The notes: generated by a model from the sequence alone, not told the origin. 64,000 bases of DNA from Klebsormidium nitens (GCA_000708835.1 DF236990.1:62001-126000); one strand, 5' to 3'; numbered from the stretch's first letter, positions 49,959 through 63,100 are shown. Translations and numbers: made by a program.

Positions 49959-52900
49959 ATGAGTGGCACTCTGGTGTACCCGCCATCTACCAACATTCTG
50001 TCTCAATCTTACATTGCATCTGCAGCATTCACAAAGTATTTGTCAAAGGACGTCCCGCCCTTCCATGGCTGCCTTCTCTCAAGGACCCAGCCCCATCTTC
50101 AATCATTATGGAGGTTCAAACCCTTCTGCTTGTATGTTAGCTGTCGAGAACGACGGAAAGGAGTCTCAAGAGATGCCATCCCAGGACATTTTAGCAAATT
50201 GAGCCGGGTTCCCCAATATAATCAGCCAGCAAAGAGACACCCTCCGGCTGAGCCAAGTTCCAAAGAAGTATGTCTTTGCAAACCAATCAGGCCCACGCAG
50301 CTGCACGCAGTAACCCCCACCAATGCTCAGTCTAGTGGCACAAAGTTTGCAATTAGTCATGATGGCCTACCTACTGATGGCGTAAGTGCTGCTATTCCTG
50401 CAGCGGCACCCGTAAGCTGTAAGAGCCATAGAGCAAGCAACATCAGCTATGGTATGCCAGCTGCAGATGCTAGATCCTGTTTGTCTTTAGGTACATCAGG
50501 CCCCCCTCCTAAGCCCCCACCTTTGCCCCGACCAAAGCTGCAGTCCAATACGGACCTTTCTGGCCCCCCCTCCGCTGGTGACAGAAGCGCCCCAACCGGC
50601 CCCTTTCAAACCGACTTAGTACAAGAGCTCAGAAAAGTTGCGTCGCTCAGAAGAAGAGGCTCCGACTTGGACCAGTGCATCAGTCAAATTCTTGCCCGGC
50701 ACCTACCAAAGACCTCGAGAGGGTGGACAAAGGCCTTGGAGCGGATAGGGCGTTTGCCTCAGGGGGGTCCAGACTTAGCAGTAAGAGTGCTAGCGTGGTT
50801 GGCGGAGAACACAGAAGAACGGGTGACTGAGAAGCAGTGCTCAAACATTCTGGCAGCTGCGAGTCGGAGCGGCAGCACTGACGTCGTGGAGCGTGTGTTT
50901 GAGCTGATGGAACGACGCCAGGTTCCTCGTACCACCCAGGTCAGACATATCGGAACAGCGTTCTCTCTTTGCTTATGTGCGTCTCAATGTAAGGTTCCGC
51001 GCTGTCTTTTATTGCACAGATAGTGAGATTGAGAGTTTCATTGCTTTCAGCTGCATACTGTTTTCCTCAACGTTTTCAAAATAGCCATTCATTGATGGGC
51101 ACACTCTCAGAGCCAGCCTTTTGCCTGCGAAGGCTGCAAACAGAGTCGCTTTGGGAATTGAAAAACTGAGATTATCCCCGATATTCAAAGATTCGTGGAA
51201 AGTTGTCTCGGCTCGTTGCGTCTCATTGACCTTGGTGAAAATGTTACTTTGAGGGTAAATCTCACTTCAGGCTTACAGATGACTCATTCATGACTTCATT
51301 GCATCCTACCCCCCAGGACCCAGCACTTCAACGTGACATGGGGTTCACCGCTCATGTCTCTCCGCTTTTAATCACTTTGATCACTTAATCACTTCATCTA
51401 TACCATAAAAACCCGTTTATCTCCTCAACCACCTGCGTCAATCAATCCTTCCTGGCCCCTAAATCCACAGGAACTGATACATTGATTACGACCTCAACCA
51501 CCTCGCTTACCCGATTCCTCTCCCTCAAATCCACAGCACTTCAACATGGCATTGGCCACTTATGTCCGCGCCCGACGCCCCTCGCACACCTTCGCACTAT
51601 TCCAACAAATGCCGGCGGCGGGATGCAAACCTTCCACCGTCACGTTCAACACGCTCATCTCCGCCTGCGGCGCCGTCAAGGGGGGAGTCGACCGCATGCG
51701 CGGGGTGCTCAGGGAGATGACGTCAGCGGGGGTGGCTGCTGACGTCATCACTTACAACTCCGCGCTCAAGGTGCTCGGGACGAAGGGGCTGGCAGAGGAG
51801 GCGGAGGAACTAGTAGCGAAGATGAGGGCGGCAGGGGTGCGGCCAAGCGGGGTGAGTTTGAGGTTTATCAGAGGAATTGCTTCCCATTCTCGGACTTTTG
51901 TGTACTGTGAAGTACTTGCAATCACTGGTCTAAGAGCTGACGAATCCGCTGTCATAAGCGGCGGAGAAGTAGCCTGCGACCCAAACAGGTGAAATTTGGG
52001 CCTGTTTCGCTGATCTCGCTGACTCTTTCTGTTTGAGTGACCACCTTCAGAAAGATTTTCAGGCTAAGCACGAGACATCTCTGGTAAGAGACGGATGGCA
52101 AATCAAGCTCGTATTGTCACGAAAATTGGATGGGCTGAGGGCTCAGAAGATGATTTTGGATTCCGGCTGCAATCGGGTCCTTCCTCCATTGGTTCCAATC
52201 CGGTAATTGTGACTCGTGCATCTCAGCGCAGGACCATCTCTCACCCGCTTTCCTATACAAACGTCCGTTGCCTGGGCTTACATACTCGGATATGTTGCTT
52301 TGAGAAGAGAACCACATGTGCAGTTTTTGTCAAAAGCCGAAGATTAGTGTATCTTCCCGGTCAAAATCTCCATCAACCATGGAGCGACGAAAACCTCACT
52401 TCCTGCTTGGTATCTGCACTCGCTGTTGCGCAGGCCCAATGTTGATACTTGGTCCAATTTATCGACCCTGTCAATCAGATTGTTGTCTTGACGGATCATC
52501 GATCGCTGTCGTCTCCTTACCTACGACATTACGAAGGCCGCCGTTTTCACTGTGATGACAGGAAGTAACTCAACCAACCTAACCACTCTTCGTAATGCAG
52601 GTTACCTACTTAATCCTGATCGACATGTACGGCCGGATCAACGGGGGCCTGTCTCAGGCCGAGGCAACGTTTGAGCGGATGCTAAAAGACCGCCACGTGT
52701 CACCCGAGACAGCTCACGTTTCCGCTATGATGAGCGCTTACGCGCGTGCTGGTGACTGCGACAGCACCGAGCATCTTTTCCGGGTGAGCATCGTCTGTCG
52801 ACGAAGTTTCTGCTTGGTGACTTGTCGTCTCGTGGTGTTTGCTGGCAAGTCGGTCGTTTGAAGTTTGTTCGTCGCCACGCTTCACTCTTGTTGGCAGAGC

Positions 52901-54874
52901 GTTTTCGCACCGGTCTTTGAATGGATGTATTCTTGTCTCAGCATTGTTTAAGCGAAACATAGCGGCTGTCCGCTGAGCCGGTACTCTCGTTCGAAACAGA
53001 TTGCCATAGTTATTGGAGAAAGAAGTTCGCAGCCCTCGTTGCTGACTGGCTTGGTTTACCTTGTTTCAGCTTGCTTTATCGCTGGCCAAAGAAAGTTGCA
53101 CTACTTTCTTTCTAAGAAGCTGCCGTAGCATCAGAGCGAGAATCTTCAGTGATCTCCCTTTCTGCGGTGGAAAATCGGTCGATCAAAGACGGCCCAAAGT
53201 ATTGTTGGTCGAGAACTTGCAATCAAGTCTGTAATCTCAAAAGCCTACGTGCTCGAGTCTTCACCCTTAACACCAAACCCTCTTATCCTGACACAAAGTC
53301 TGCTTGCTCCGCCCTTTCAGGACCTGGTGTCAAGGGGCCTGGCGGCTGACCACATCGTATACGTCGCCCGGCTCACTGCCCAGGGCAACGCCGGCCGCGC
53401 CGCCGGTGTCAAGTCCGTCTTTGCTGAGATGCAGTCCGCCGAATTGACACCAAACCTCATTGCTTGGACCGCCCTGGTCGACGCTTTGGCGCGGTGTGGA
53501 GAATATTCAGAGGCCGAGAATGCTCTCGGTATGATGACGTCAGCGGGAGTGAGACCCTCGGTGCGGACTTTCACGGCGCTGCTGGATGCGTATCTCGGTT
53601 CGGGGCGGTTTGCCGAGGGTCGGCGTCTGCTAACCCGCATGGTTAGCGAGTTCAAGTGCCCAGCAAACGCCGCGATCTACACCGTCCAGATCCGGCACCT
53701 GTGCCACGTGGCAGCAGATGAGGAGGCCGCGGAAGTCTTCCGGGCGATGCTGAGCGCGGGGGTGCGCCCCGACCTGCACGCTTACGTCTGCATGATGTCA
53801 GCGCTCTGCAAACGCTTGGAAGAGGGAGGGCCCGCTTATGGAGGCGCTCGGGCGCTTATGGACGCGATCGGGAGCTGCGACGCCCACGAGTTCCGGGCAA
53901 CGGTTTTGCTTTTGGACTCTTCAAAGACCGTTGAGGCTTCCGGGGTTTACAAGTTGTTAGACGGGGTTGACGAGTTAACCTACCCGCAGCAGTGCGATTT
54001 TTACAGTCAGCTCATAGGTGCGCTTTGGCACCAACGGTTGCGAGGCCGAGCGGCGGACGTTTTGGACGAGGCTCGCCGTAGGGGGGTCTACCGCGGGGCG
54101 TTTGTAACCCGGGGGGAAGAGTGGACGGCTGACTTGCACGGGGTGTCCCCTGGGGCTGCACGGATGATGCTACTGGTCTGGTTTCAGGAGCTGACGGAGC
54201 TGCTTCATTTCGCCCCGGGGGATCCCCCTGGGGGACTTGTAGCTGGGGAGCATGCAGTAAGCGACTCTTCAGGCTCTAAATCAGCGTTTGCTCCGCTGTG
54301 GCTTTTCAGAAAGCTACCTTTACTGGAGATCTTTGAAAGAGAAGCGCACCTTGCTGCCTTGCTTTCGAACCGGAGCTATCTCAGATTCCGGCTTTCTTTG
54401 ATTTGAAGAACGGCTCCGAATAAAGTCCAGCTGATAGGGGTTTATTCTCCCCGCTCCGAACACACCACTCTGCCTGTACATTTGCTGTATCCATCATGCC
54501 TACTTCGTGACTATGGGAAGCCGCACGTTTTCTTGCAGCCACGCGTCAAAGATCAAGTGGATGACGGTCGGCTTGAAAGCCACTTGTCGTCGAGCGCAGC
54601 GTCGTTTACATCGACAAAAGAGGATGGGCCGATAGGAGGGCGGGTGGTGTTGCCCCGGGTAGTGAGGGCAATCACCGGGTGGGGTAAGCACAGCAAAGGG
54701 GAGGGGGAGGCGGTGGTCGGAAGAGCGGTCGGGGATTTGCTCCGGAAACTGGGGGCGCCGTTTGAGCCTCTGAGACTCGGAAGCTATGTGGCCAGCGGGG
54801 ATGACGTCAGAGCCTGGTTGGCTCAACCGGGCACGGCAGAGAAGATAGCGATGAGAGACGAACCGGAAGGTTGA
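49959..54874 (+). CDS. P-class pentatricopeptide repeat protein with C-terminal SMR domain (GUN1-like SMR), at least 5 exons
   Basis: Exons 49959-50939, 51537-51851, 52602-52783, 53322-54256, 54539-54874. PPR motifs: VTFNTLISACG, ITYNSALKVLG, VTYLILIDMYG, IAWTALVDALAR, RTFTALLDAY. SMR motifs: ADLHGVSPGAARMML, AITGWGKHSKGEG, AVGDLLRKLGAPF. The 5' end is uncertain (possible short 5' UTR intron at 49913-49956). Confidence 0.88.
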
Positions 54875-55779
54875 TTTGGGCCGGGCACGGGGGAAGTTTT
54901 TGGGACGTGCCCGGGGAATCCGCAGGGAGAAGCAGTGCGCAAGACTCCACCAAATGTAAGGTTAGTTAGCACTTTATCAGCTTTGAGAGACACGCGTTCG
55001 TGCAGGACTTGAACGACGCGGTTCATCTGTGCTTCATGGTTGTGGTGAGAACACGGTCTTCTTGAGGCCAAGTTTGGTCCACAAGACAAGCCGTCCAGGA
55101 GACTTGAGTCTGAACCGTTCTCTACAGTCGAGGAGATGTCAGAGCCTACAGTACAGCACGTGGCACTGCATCGTGTCCGTTGTTCTTCATCCGGCTATCT
55201 GATGATAAGTCTGCCGACAGTCAGATGGTTTACAACAGGTCAAACGGCGTTTGTCTTGCTTGAACGTCGACATTTTGGAAGGGTCCATTGTTTGGCATGG
55301 AAATGTGCGAAAAAACGAATCCGGATCTTGATCCGCGTTCCGCTGCGAGGGGATTAGAGCTTTGAGCCAATGCAAAGCTTGAGCTGCCTGCATCTGTACC
55401 CATAAGATTATTGCTCTTTGGTTTACAGGTGCTCACTGCTTACGGAATAAGTAGCTGGGTCCGCTGGGGGGAGGCTTAGGACCTTACTCAATATTAGCCG
55501 GTCTTGGCGTGACCAAAGAAACGTAGACATTGAATTTCGGTGTTGGTTTTCGCAACTCTCAGTTGCGGCGTTGGAGAACTGGCAGACAGCAGACTCGGTC
55601 ATTATCCAGGCGCCATTTGGCGGCCGACTCTAGCGAGCGCTTGGTCATCCAGTCTTTTTAGTACACAGCTTGCTTGCGGCGCTGTGCGGGACGGCTGCCA
55701 AGAACGAACGTGCAGTGCAACTTAACTAAAGTTTTGTCAAGACGGTTAAATGGGCCAGGCAGTGGTCGGACGCGGTTAT

Positions 55780-56300
55780 ATGGATTGACGTACGAACTTT
55801 CTGCAGAGTTTTGCAGTCAGAGATGCATGCATGCCACGATGTATCTCGCAAGGGTTCCACATTCGCCGTTGGGTGCACTTGCATCATGCCTGAGCCGACT
55901 CTGGCGCATGATCAGGATACAATGATCCCGGGCATGTAGCGCGCATATTACAGTATAATCAAATAGTCCGCACATGACGGTTCTAGATAACATGGACACC
56001 GCGAGTATACCAAGCATATTCGATATAATCTGGACCGTCGTACATGGCACCGCGGCCGGAGCGGTACATCATGCGACATGCGCACGGTCGGACTTGTCAT
56101 GGCGCCGGATCAAAGTAATATTGGCAGATCCAAGTTGGGTTCGACTACAATTAAGATGTATGCGCACAGTACTAACCCGACACGTACGGACGGTATACTG
56201 CAAGCGGGCGGCCCATATTAGCATGTAAGCTACTTTGATCGATACTATGACAATGATCGACATGGTATACATGGTATATCATATACAATCCGACAATTCA
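55780..56300. other. ApT/TpA-rich palindrome-dense island between convergent genes (PPR-SMR / SQD2)
   Basis: About 43 ApT in 55921-56280 versus about 12 in the equally long intron segment 52801-53160 (hand counts). Confidence 0.65.
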
Positions 56301-57194
56301 ACGTTCTTTGCAGCCGCATGTGCAGGCAACCCCGGGCCCGGGCTCGCCCGCGTGGCGCGCGACAAACATTGGTGACCTTGTGCGCTCGTTACTGCCGCCA
56401 ACAACGCTCTCCAAAGGAGGTCTCGAAACAATCACCTACGTTTGTACGTTCTCAAAAGTTGGTCTCCCCCAGCTTCCCTTTAACCCCTCAACTTACGGAA
56501 GGACGCCCTCCTGCGGGCAAACATACAAATCATACCTGTCTAATATTGCGCCTACCTTAACAATTAAGGACATGGCGAGTCAAAGAGAATTGATTAGTCG
56601 GCAGCCTCTTGGGATAAGCTAACCTAGCACTCGGCGCTCTATCCGAATCAAAATTGCTTGATTCAACGCAGCCTCTGCCTCGGCAAGACTCCGGATCTCT
56701 CAAAGCCCCAGTACTCTCACACCCAGGCCGAACTTGCTTACCGATCACAAGCCTCCCTCTATGATACAAAGAGACGTCCACACAGAGGGCATTGCGTTGA
56801 CATACCCATACGAGCCAATCACTAACGTGACACAGCCCCCTTGCCCACTCTCCGTTATTAGAATTACCTTCGTCTGTAACAGGCCTAGCGCGAACCCATG
56901 GACCACCACTCAATCTACCATAAAATCCCCCCATTCTTCGGGATGCATTTCCAATCCCGTTCCTCCAGTTCCTTCGCCGCTATCAGAAAGTCCCTCTCTG
57001 CATACCGCCTCCCCACCTCCTCCGCTCTCGTTGCAGACTGCCGCTCTACGCGCCACCCTTCACGCCGTTCTTTATTTTGATAACCTTGACCGTCCCCTTC
57101 GAGCGTTCTCCCCACTCATTCCCGCAGCACTCAAAAACTTCCCCAGGAGCCAAACCGCACTGCTCCCCGTTCTCCGTCGCTCTAGTTGTCCCCA

Positions 57195-60100
57195 CTCAAT
57201 CCAGCTTGGCAAACCACGTCCAGGGCAGCCAGCTGCGCCACGACTGCCGCGCGCGCTGCGCCTTCCTCCACAGACGGATCGCCATGTCGTACCCGTCCCG
57301 CCGCACCTGCCGCGTCGACGCCCGCCAGTCGTACCGCTCCACGTCCTTCCGGGCAGCCGCAGCAATCTGGAGCGAAAGTCCTAATCTTTAGAAAAGAGAC
57401 GACCAATAATCTGGTCGTTCTCGAACACGTAGACGGTGTTTCCATTCGTTCGACAGTCGTTCTTCATGATTCCAAACGGAGCTGCGTAAAACGTACGATT
57501 CATATCAAGCTTATAAACCTGGGAGGTCCACTTCTGCACTCCTGGTCATTTGTACTCACGATTCAGGAAACTGACTTTTCGGTTGTCGATTCCGAAATCG
57601 CGACCAACGAGTCGCAGAGGCAGCACCGAATGCAAAGAAAGCTCGCCACTCGTTTAGATTCGCGAAGAGATAAGAGCTGCTACGTGCCCCAGACCAGTCC
57701 TCGAACCAAACTCCAAAGCTTGAAGCGCCCACCTTTCTGTTGAACTCTTTGTCGAACAGCAGCTTGCGCAGCTTGGCCACGGCGTCGTCAATGTCGCCTG
57801 GCGTGTACAAAAAGCCCTGCAGAGTACAACAAATGCGAGTTCCTGTTTGCCGCCGAGTAACCAGACACTGCCTTACACTTCTTTTTCGTCCAGTAGCTTA
57901 CAAAGTGCTTGTACAATATTCTTCGCCCAGCAGCTCATGTAATGCTTAGGACTCTCTGTCGCCCAAGAATTCCCGATTTCAGACCTCTTTCCGACCCAGT
58001 GACTGCACGAATTTCTTTCCAAACGATTCTTGACACTCTTTCTCGCTCCAAGAATTCAACGAACTGCCTTGCGTAGAAAATAGTCGGATACGGTTAGCCT
58101 CATCGCACTGACACTCCTTTACTGGATGGTCGTGAAGGAATTTCTCTAAGAGCCAGCCAAGGCGCCTCTTGAGCGTCGCAAAGGTTCGACGAACCCGCCA
58201 CCTCCTGAAAGCTATTCAGGTTCAAGATTCTGGTCACGGGGATTGGAGACGTGAAATTGTTCAAATAAGGAAGTCTCTTTTGCGGTACCGTCTTGAAGGA
58301 AACCCAAGAATCTCCCGTCCGCATCGACGTCAATGCCCTCTTTTTTGATGGTTGACTCGGTGAAATCCTTTAACATTTGCGGGAGGATCAAAAATGTGAA
58401 CAAGGCATGCGAACGAAGGCAACAACTACGAGAAGAAAGGTATCGGAGTGATCCGAAAAGGACTTACCGTCTCCCCCTCCTTGTCCACGATGTTGATAAA
58501 GCCCCCCGCGCGCACAGCCACGACAGGTGTCCCGCACGCCATCGCCTCTAGAGCGACCAAACCCAGGGTCTCCGTCTCACTGGGGGTGAAGAAGACGTCC
58601 GAGCTCGCATATGCAGCGGACAGGTCCGCACCCTGTCAAAAGACGAAAGAGACTTTGGAATTTAATTGAGATTGAGTTTGGGAAGGACACGAAACGGGTC
58701 CAGGCCTCCATCTCACTGGGCTTGAAGGGAACGACGGTATTTGTGTAAGCCGTGGACAATTTGCGTCCTGTCCGCAAAGTCTGGCTATGCTTTGCATTTA
58801 TAACCTGGTTCGCAGAAGGACTCTACAGGATGTGTAGGGGATACGCAGCTGACAATCCGACCAGGACAGCAAGATTACCTCGCCAAGGACAAGGATAGAA
58901 ATCATTTCGAAACCGGGAGGTACCAGCAGGAGTGCCTGCGATTGCGAAGTGCGGAGAAGGTCAAGAGGGCTCACCGACAGCATGCCGGTGAAGACCGTTG
59001 GCGTGTCCTGGAACATCTCCTCGAGCTGGGGCCTGCGCAGCGCCAGTGAAATACGTTCAAACTTGCCTTCTAAACAAGCGGGCCGCACGGAGCCTACAGG
59101 TTCGCATTCTTTGCCGCTGTCCTTATTCCACCTTCTTCTAGTTCCTGACATCCTGGATAAATCTCTGCTTACTAAGACTTATTGCAGGAACCTCCATCAA
59201 ATTACTCTGGCTCCGATTGGGGTTTCGGCCCTCCGTTGGGCAGCGGCCCGACAGCAGAAATTGTGAATTCAGAGGGAGCCCTTTGATGCTTAGCACATGT
59301 CAATCGTACCCTGGCAAAAGCACGCCTAACGAAATGCGAGATTGTCTGCTCACTTTCATGCGGACCTGTGTCGCTCTCAAACTTGAGTTGGTGCCCGGAA
59401 CTGCCGACCAAGAGAGTCGCTGGCTAGCATTCCTTTCAGAGCATCTCCCCCCAAGAACGAAAAAAGAAGCAGCCTTAGGTTCTGACCTGTGTGGACCGTC
59501 TCCAACGAACGCAAGAGAGGCTTCAGGTATCCTCTCCAAAATCCTGCGGCAACACAGTACGTTAGAAAAGTATTGGTCATGTACCATCTGCTCGCCACTG
59601 CAACCACCGCCACTGTACAACCAGAGATAATCGTCGTGACAGAAAGCGTTTCTACACCTCCGTCGCAGATTACACTTGTGAAGTTGCCACGATCCCCCGA
59701 ATTTGAGATCAATGAGGACAGCTGAAAAAGATCATGAGACAAATAGCAAAAAGGACACTTTCTCTGTCGACCAAAACCCATCGTCTTCGCCACAGGGGTA
59801 GAAAGGCACAACTCCAAGCTCGAGATTGGATTCGAGTCAACTTAGAAGCAAGCCCCGAGCTTGCTTCCTAGCTCTTCTGCTGGTGCAGTTTTTAGAACTC
59901 CTTCGGCCACAGCCTGTCTGCGCCTCCTCTTTTCGAAGGACCTCCAAAAATCAATTCAGAAAGATAACCAGGATAATCCGTAGCGAGCGCAAAAAAACGG
60001 AGAAGGGAGCTCAGCAATCCCTCACAGCTTGATGAAGGAGAGCTGTTTCTCCTGGCCTAGCCGACCCACGTGCACAATCAACGGCCGCTCTGGATGGCCA

Positions 60101-63100
60101 CCGCTGCGACAAAAGACGAAACGCTTTGAAAGTGGGGACCATGACAATGTTACTTGAGCGAGCTAAGAAGAAACAGGTGCTTATTCTCACGTCAACGATA
60201 CCGTACCGATTGGCAAAACTAAAATATTTTCTGGCGTGCATAAATTTGAAAAACTGGTGGGCAGATTTCGCCCAATGTTCCAAATGCACAATAATTTCTT
60301 TCTGCTCGCTCGAGTGTTTTGCCCCGTAAAGAGGCAAGAAAAAGCACGATTTGGAGTTTGCCCAGATTTTCAAACGCACGTAAATTCGAATCTCAAGCTG
60401 CCCAAATGTCAAAATATATGAATAAATTATTGGGTAAAAGTCTGCCCAACCGGACAATCGGTACGGTAGGCGTAGATTGGGGCTGCAAAAGTCGAGGTGC
60501 TCGCATGGTGAGAAAATCGTACCAAAAACTTAATGTGAAAGTCAATCGACACGTGCAGGCAGGGGTTTACGGCAATACGAAATGGGCATCCGAAAACAGC
60601 AACAAAAACAAAAACGGGGTCAAGGGTCAGGTTAGATGAACGACACAGTTTGAGTGCTTCTTACCGTTCTGACAGATGCCGCGAAGAAGGAAATGAAGAG
60701 GAGGAATTGCAAGAAGTAAGCGTCTCACCTGAGCTTGTTTCGCCACTCAGTGCTTGCAAAGGACGGGTGGAACTGCTCCGAGTCGACAGCCTTCTTCCAG
60801 ACCCGAATACGAGAAGCTGCAGACACGAACCGAAATTTAAGGCTACCTCGACAATCGCAGAAGTCGCAGCGGCTGATTACGATCGTGGCGTATTTCATGA
60901 TCGACAAGGTAGCCGATGTGAAAACCTGCCTGCCTAATTGGTTTGCCAACGACACAACGGCCCTACTGCACGTGAAAAGCAGCTCCGGATCTCGGACCAT
61001 TGCCAGTGACAACGATTCTGTTGATTCATGAAGGAAGCTTATAAACTTGCAGTCGCTCCAAAAAACGTAATCGATCTGTTGCAAGCATTTTGAACAGGCT
61101 TCCGGATGAGCCGGACACATTCTGGTTCCAAAATCCCGTAGGCCCTCGGAACTACCGTCATCAGCTTCGGAATCACTTCGACATGATCGCGAACTGCTTC
61201 GATGCATTTCCAATCTGCTTCAAGATAGACACCAAACTGCTTCGATACCCCCTTTGATTGCTTCAACGAGACCTGATCTGCTTCCAACAAAATCGGGCTT
61301 GCTTCGATGCGCTTCGACCCTGGCCAGTCGCATTCTGAAGGACCCCATAAATCTGGATACCACCAAACAGCTCTTCCCAAGTTTAGTATTGAAAGAGGCT
61401 ACGGTAGATTCAGAATCAGAAAAAAGAGTCTGGGCACGGCGAAAAGGCTAACGTCTGGCAGCTCCAAAGCGGAGCATCTCGGTGCGCATCTCCTCGGACA
61501 TGGTCATAGTGAAAGTGGCTAGGTTGTGGAGTGCTCCTGCGTAATCGAAGAAGACGATTGTGAGCAACAAAGGTCTCACACAGTCGAGCTGAGACGATAT
61601 TCGGATGTCAAGAGTGGAGGGACCAGATTGCGTGGAGTCGAGACCCGCCAAGCATTTACCCAAAGAAAGTAAGGCAAGTTCAAGGAAGAGATTCGGAAGT
61701 GACGACTCATGCACGAGCGTGGCTGTCGCAAGCCCAGAGCGTCGCAGTTTGTGTGTTGTTCGCACCCAAACAACAATCTCAACTCTCCCTAAAAGCAAGT
61801 ACCTTATCTCGTTTTCAACACCAAAGACGCATTACGAGGATCGTGCACGATTCCCCAGCTGCAATTGGCGTAAGACCACAAGCACTGAACGATCACAAGA
61901 GGGAGGGAACTTGCTTACTTATGTACAGATAGGCGGGGTTCACGAGCCAGTTAGAGGGCCAGCCCATGATTTTGTACTTGGGAATGTACACGGGGAGGTG
62001 CGTGTGGTACGTCATGATGATCGGGACTTGGAGGGTATAAGAGTATACAAGGGCCCCCATGACCTGCAACAAGGTTTCAGAGTATTATGAGACTTGTGAT
62101 TGGGACCAATTATAATGTAATCAGGATGTTATGGGAATAACGAAGAGGCATCTCTCTACGACCAGCACTGAAACCCTAGGCACAGCGTGAGCTGAGCCGC
62201 ACCACAACCATCATCGAATCGAACCCTAAACCTAACCCAACCCGTCCTCGTTGACTTCCTTATCACTGTCAGTCTTTTACCGTTAAAATCCGCCTTTAAG
62301 ATTTCTATGTTCTGATTTCTGATTTCCGAGTCCAACCTTGTACAGATTGCTCGCTTCTAGATACACACATATCGAGGGTCTGAAAATGGATTGAAAATAA
62401 ACAGCTCGGTATTTTTTTGATGCGGCCCACCATGATCCCGGGGGAGGCGGCGTGGATGACGTCAGGCTTGAAGTCCCGGACGATGTTGAAGATGCGGAAG
62501 CTGAGGGCGAGGGAGAGGCGCAGCTTCGAGTAGAAAGGGAACTCGACGCTGCAGAAAGCAAGGTGAACTTATATCTGCACTTCGACCTGTGCAAAGTTTG
62601 AGCAGAGCAGGTCCCATATGAGAAAGGGAGAAGGGACAACTAAGAAGCCGAATGCATGAGATGCAAAACATATTTATACTTCGACCTCCTTCAGATATCT
62701 TGCAACGAACTTGTCGAGTTGAGGCAGCCTTGAATGTTTACATGAGTCACACCTGTCCAATTTCGCAACGTTCATAGCTATGCAACTATGTAAAAATCTA
62801 TTCAGTTTATCGGGGCAGGTTTGGGAAGAGCGGCAAATGATCCAGCTCTTGTGGACAGAAAAGTCAAGGCGAAAGAGCTGAAGAGGTCAGCCTTCGTACC
62901 TGTACGACGGGACTACCTTGGCGCCATACCACTCTTTCGGCGCTCCTTCATGGGTGGTAATAACCAACACCTGCGTGTAACCAGGGCTCCAAATGCTTCA
63001 CTTTTTGGGTTCACTCTGTTGGTTTCTGATAGCTTCTTTAAGATGCTCTCAAGATGCTCTCAAGACAAACCCAACCCAAAAACTTAGTTGGCATTACTGA

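Noticed and set aside
56734-57743. 216-aa and 185-aa plus-strand ORFs
   Set aside because: They overlap the last SQD2 exon and its 3' UTR in antisense; low complexity, no motif.
62170-62240. Telomere-like aaccctaaacctaaccc words
   Set aside because: Too short and degenerate for an interstitial telomere; intronic, with no supporting context.
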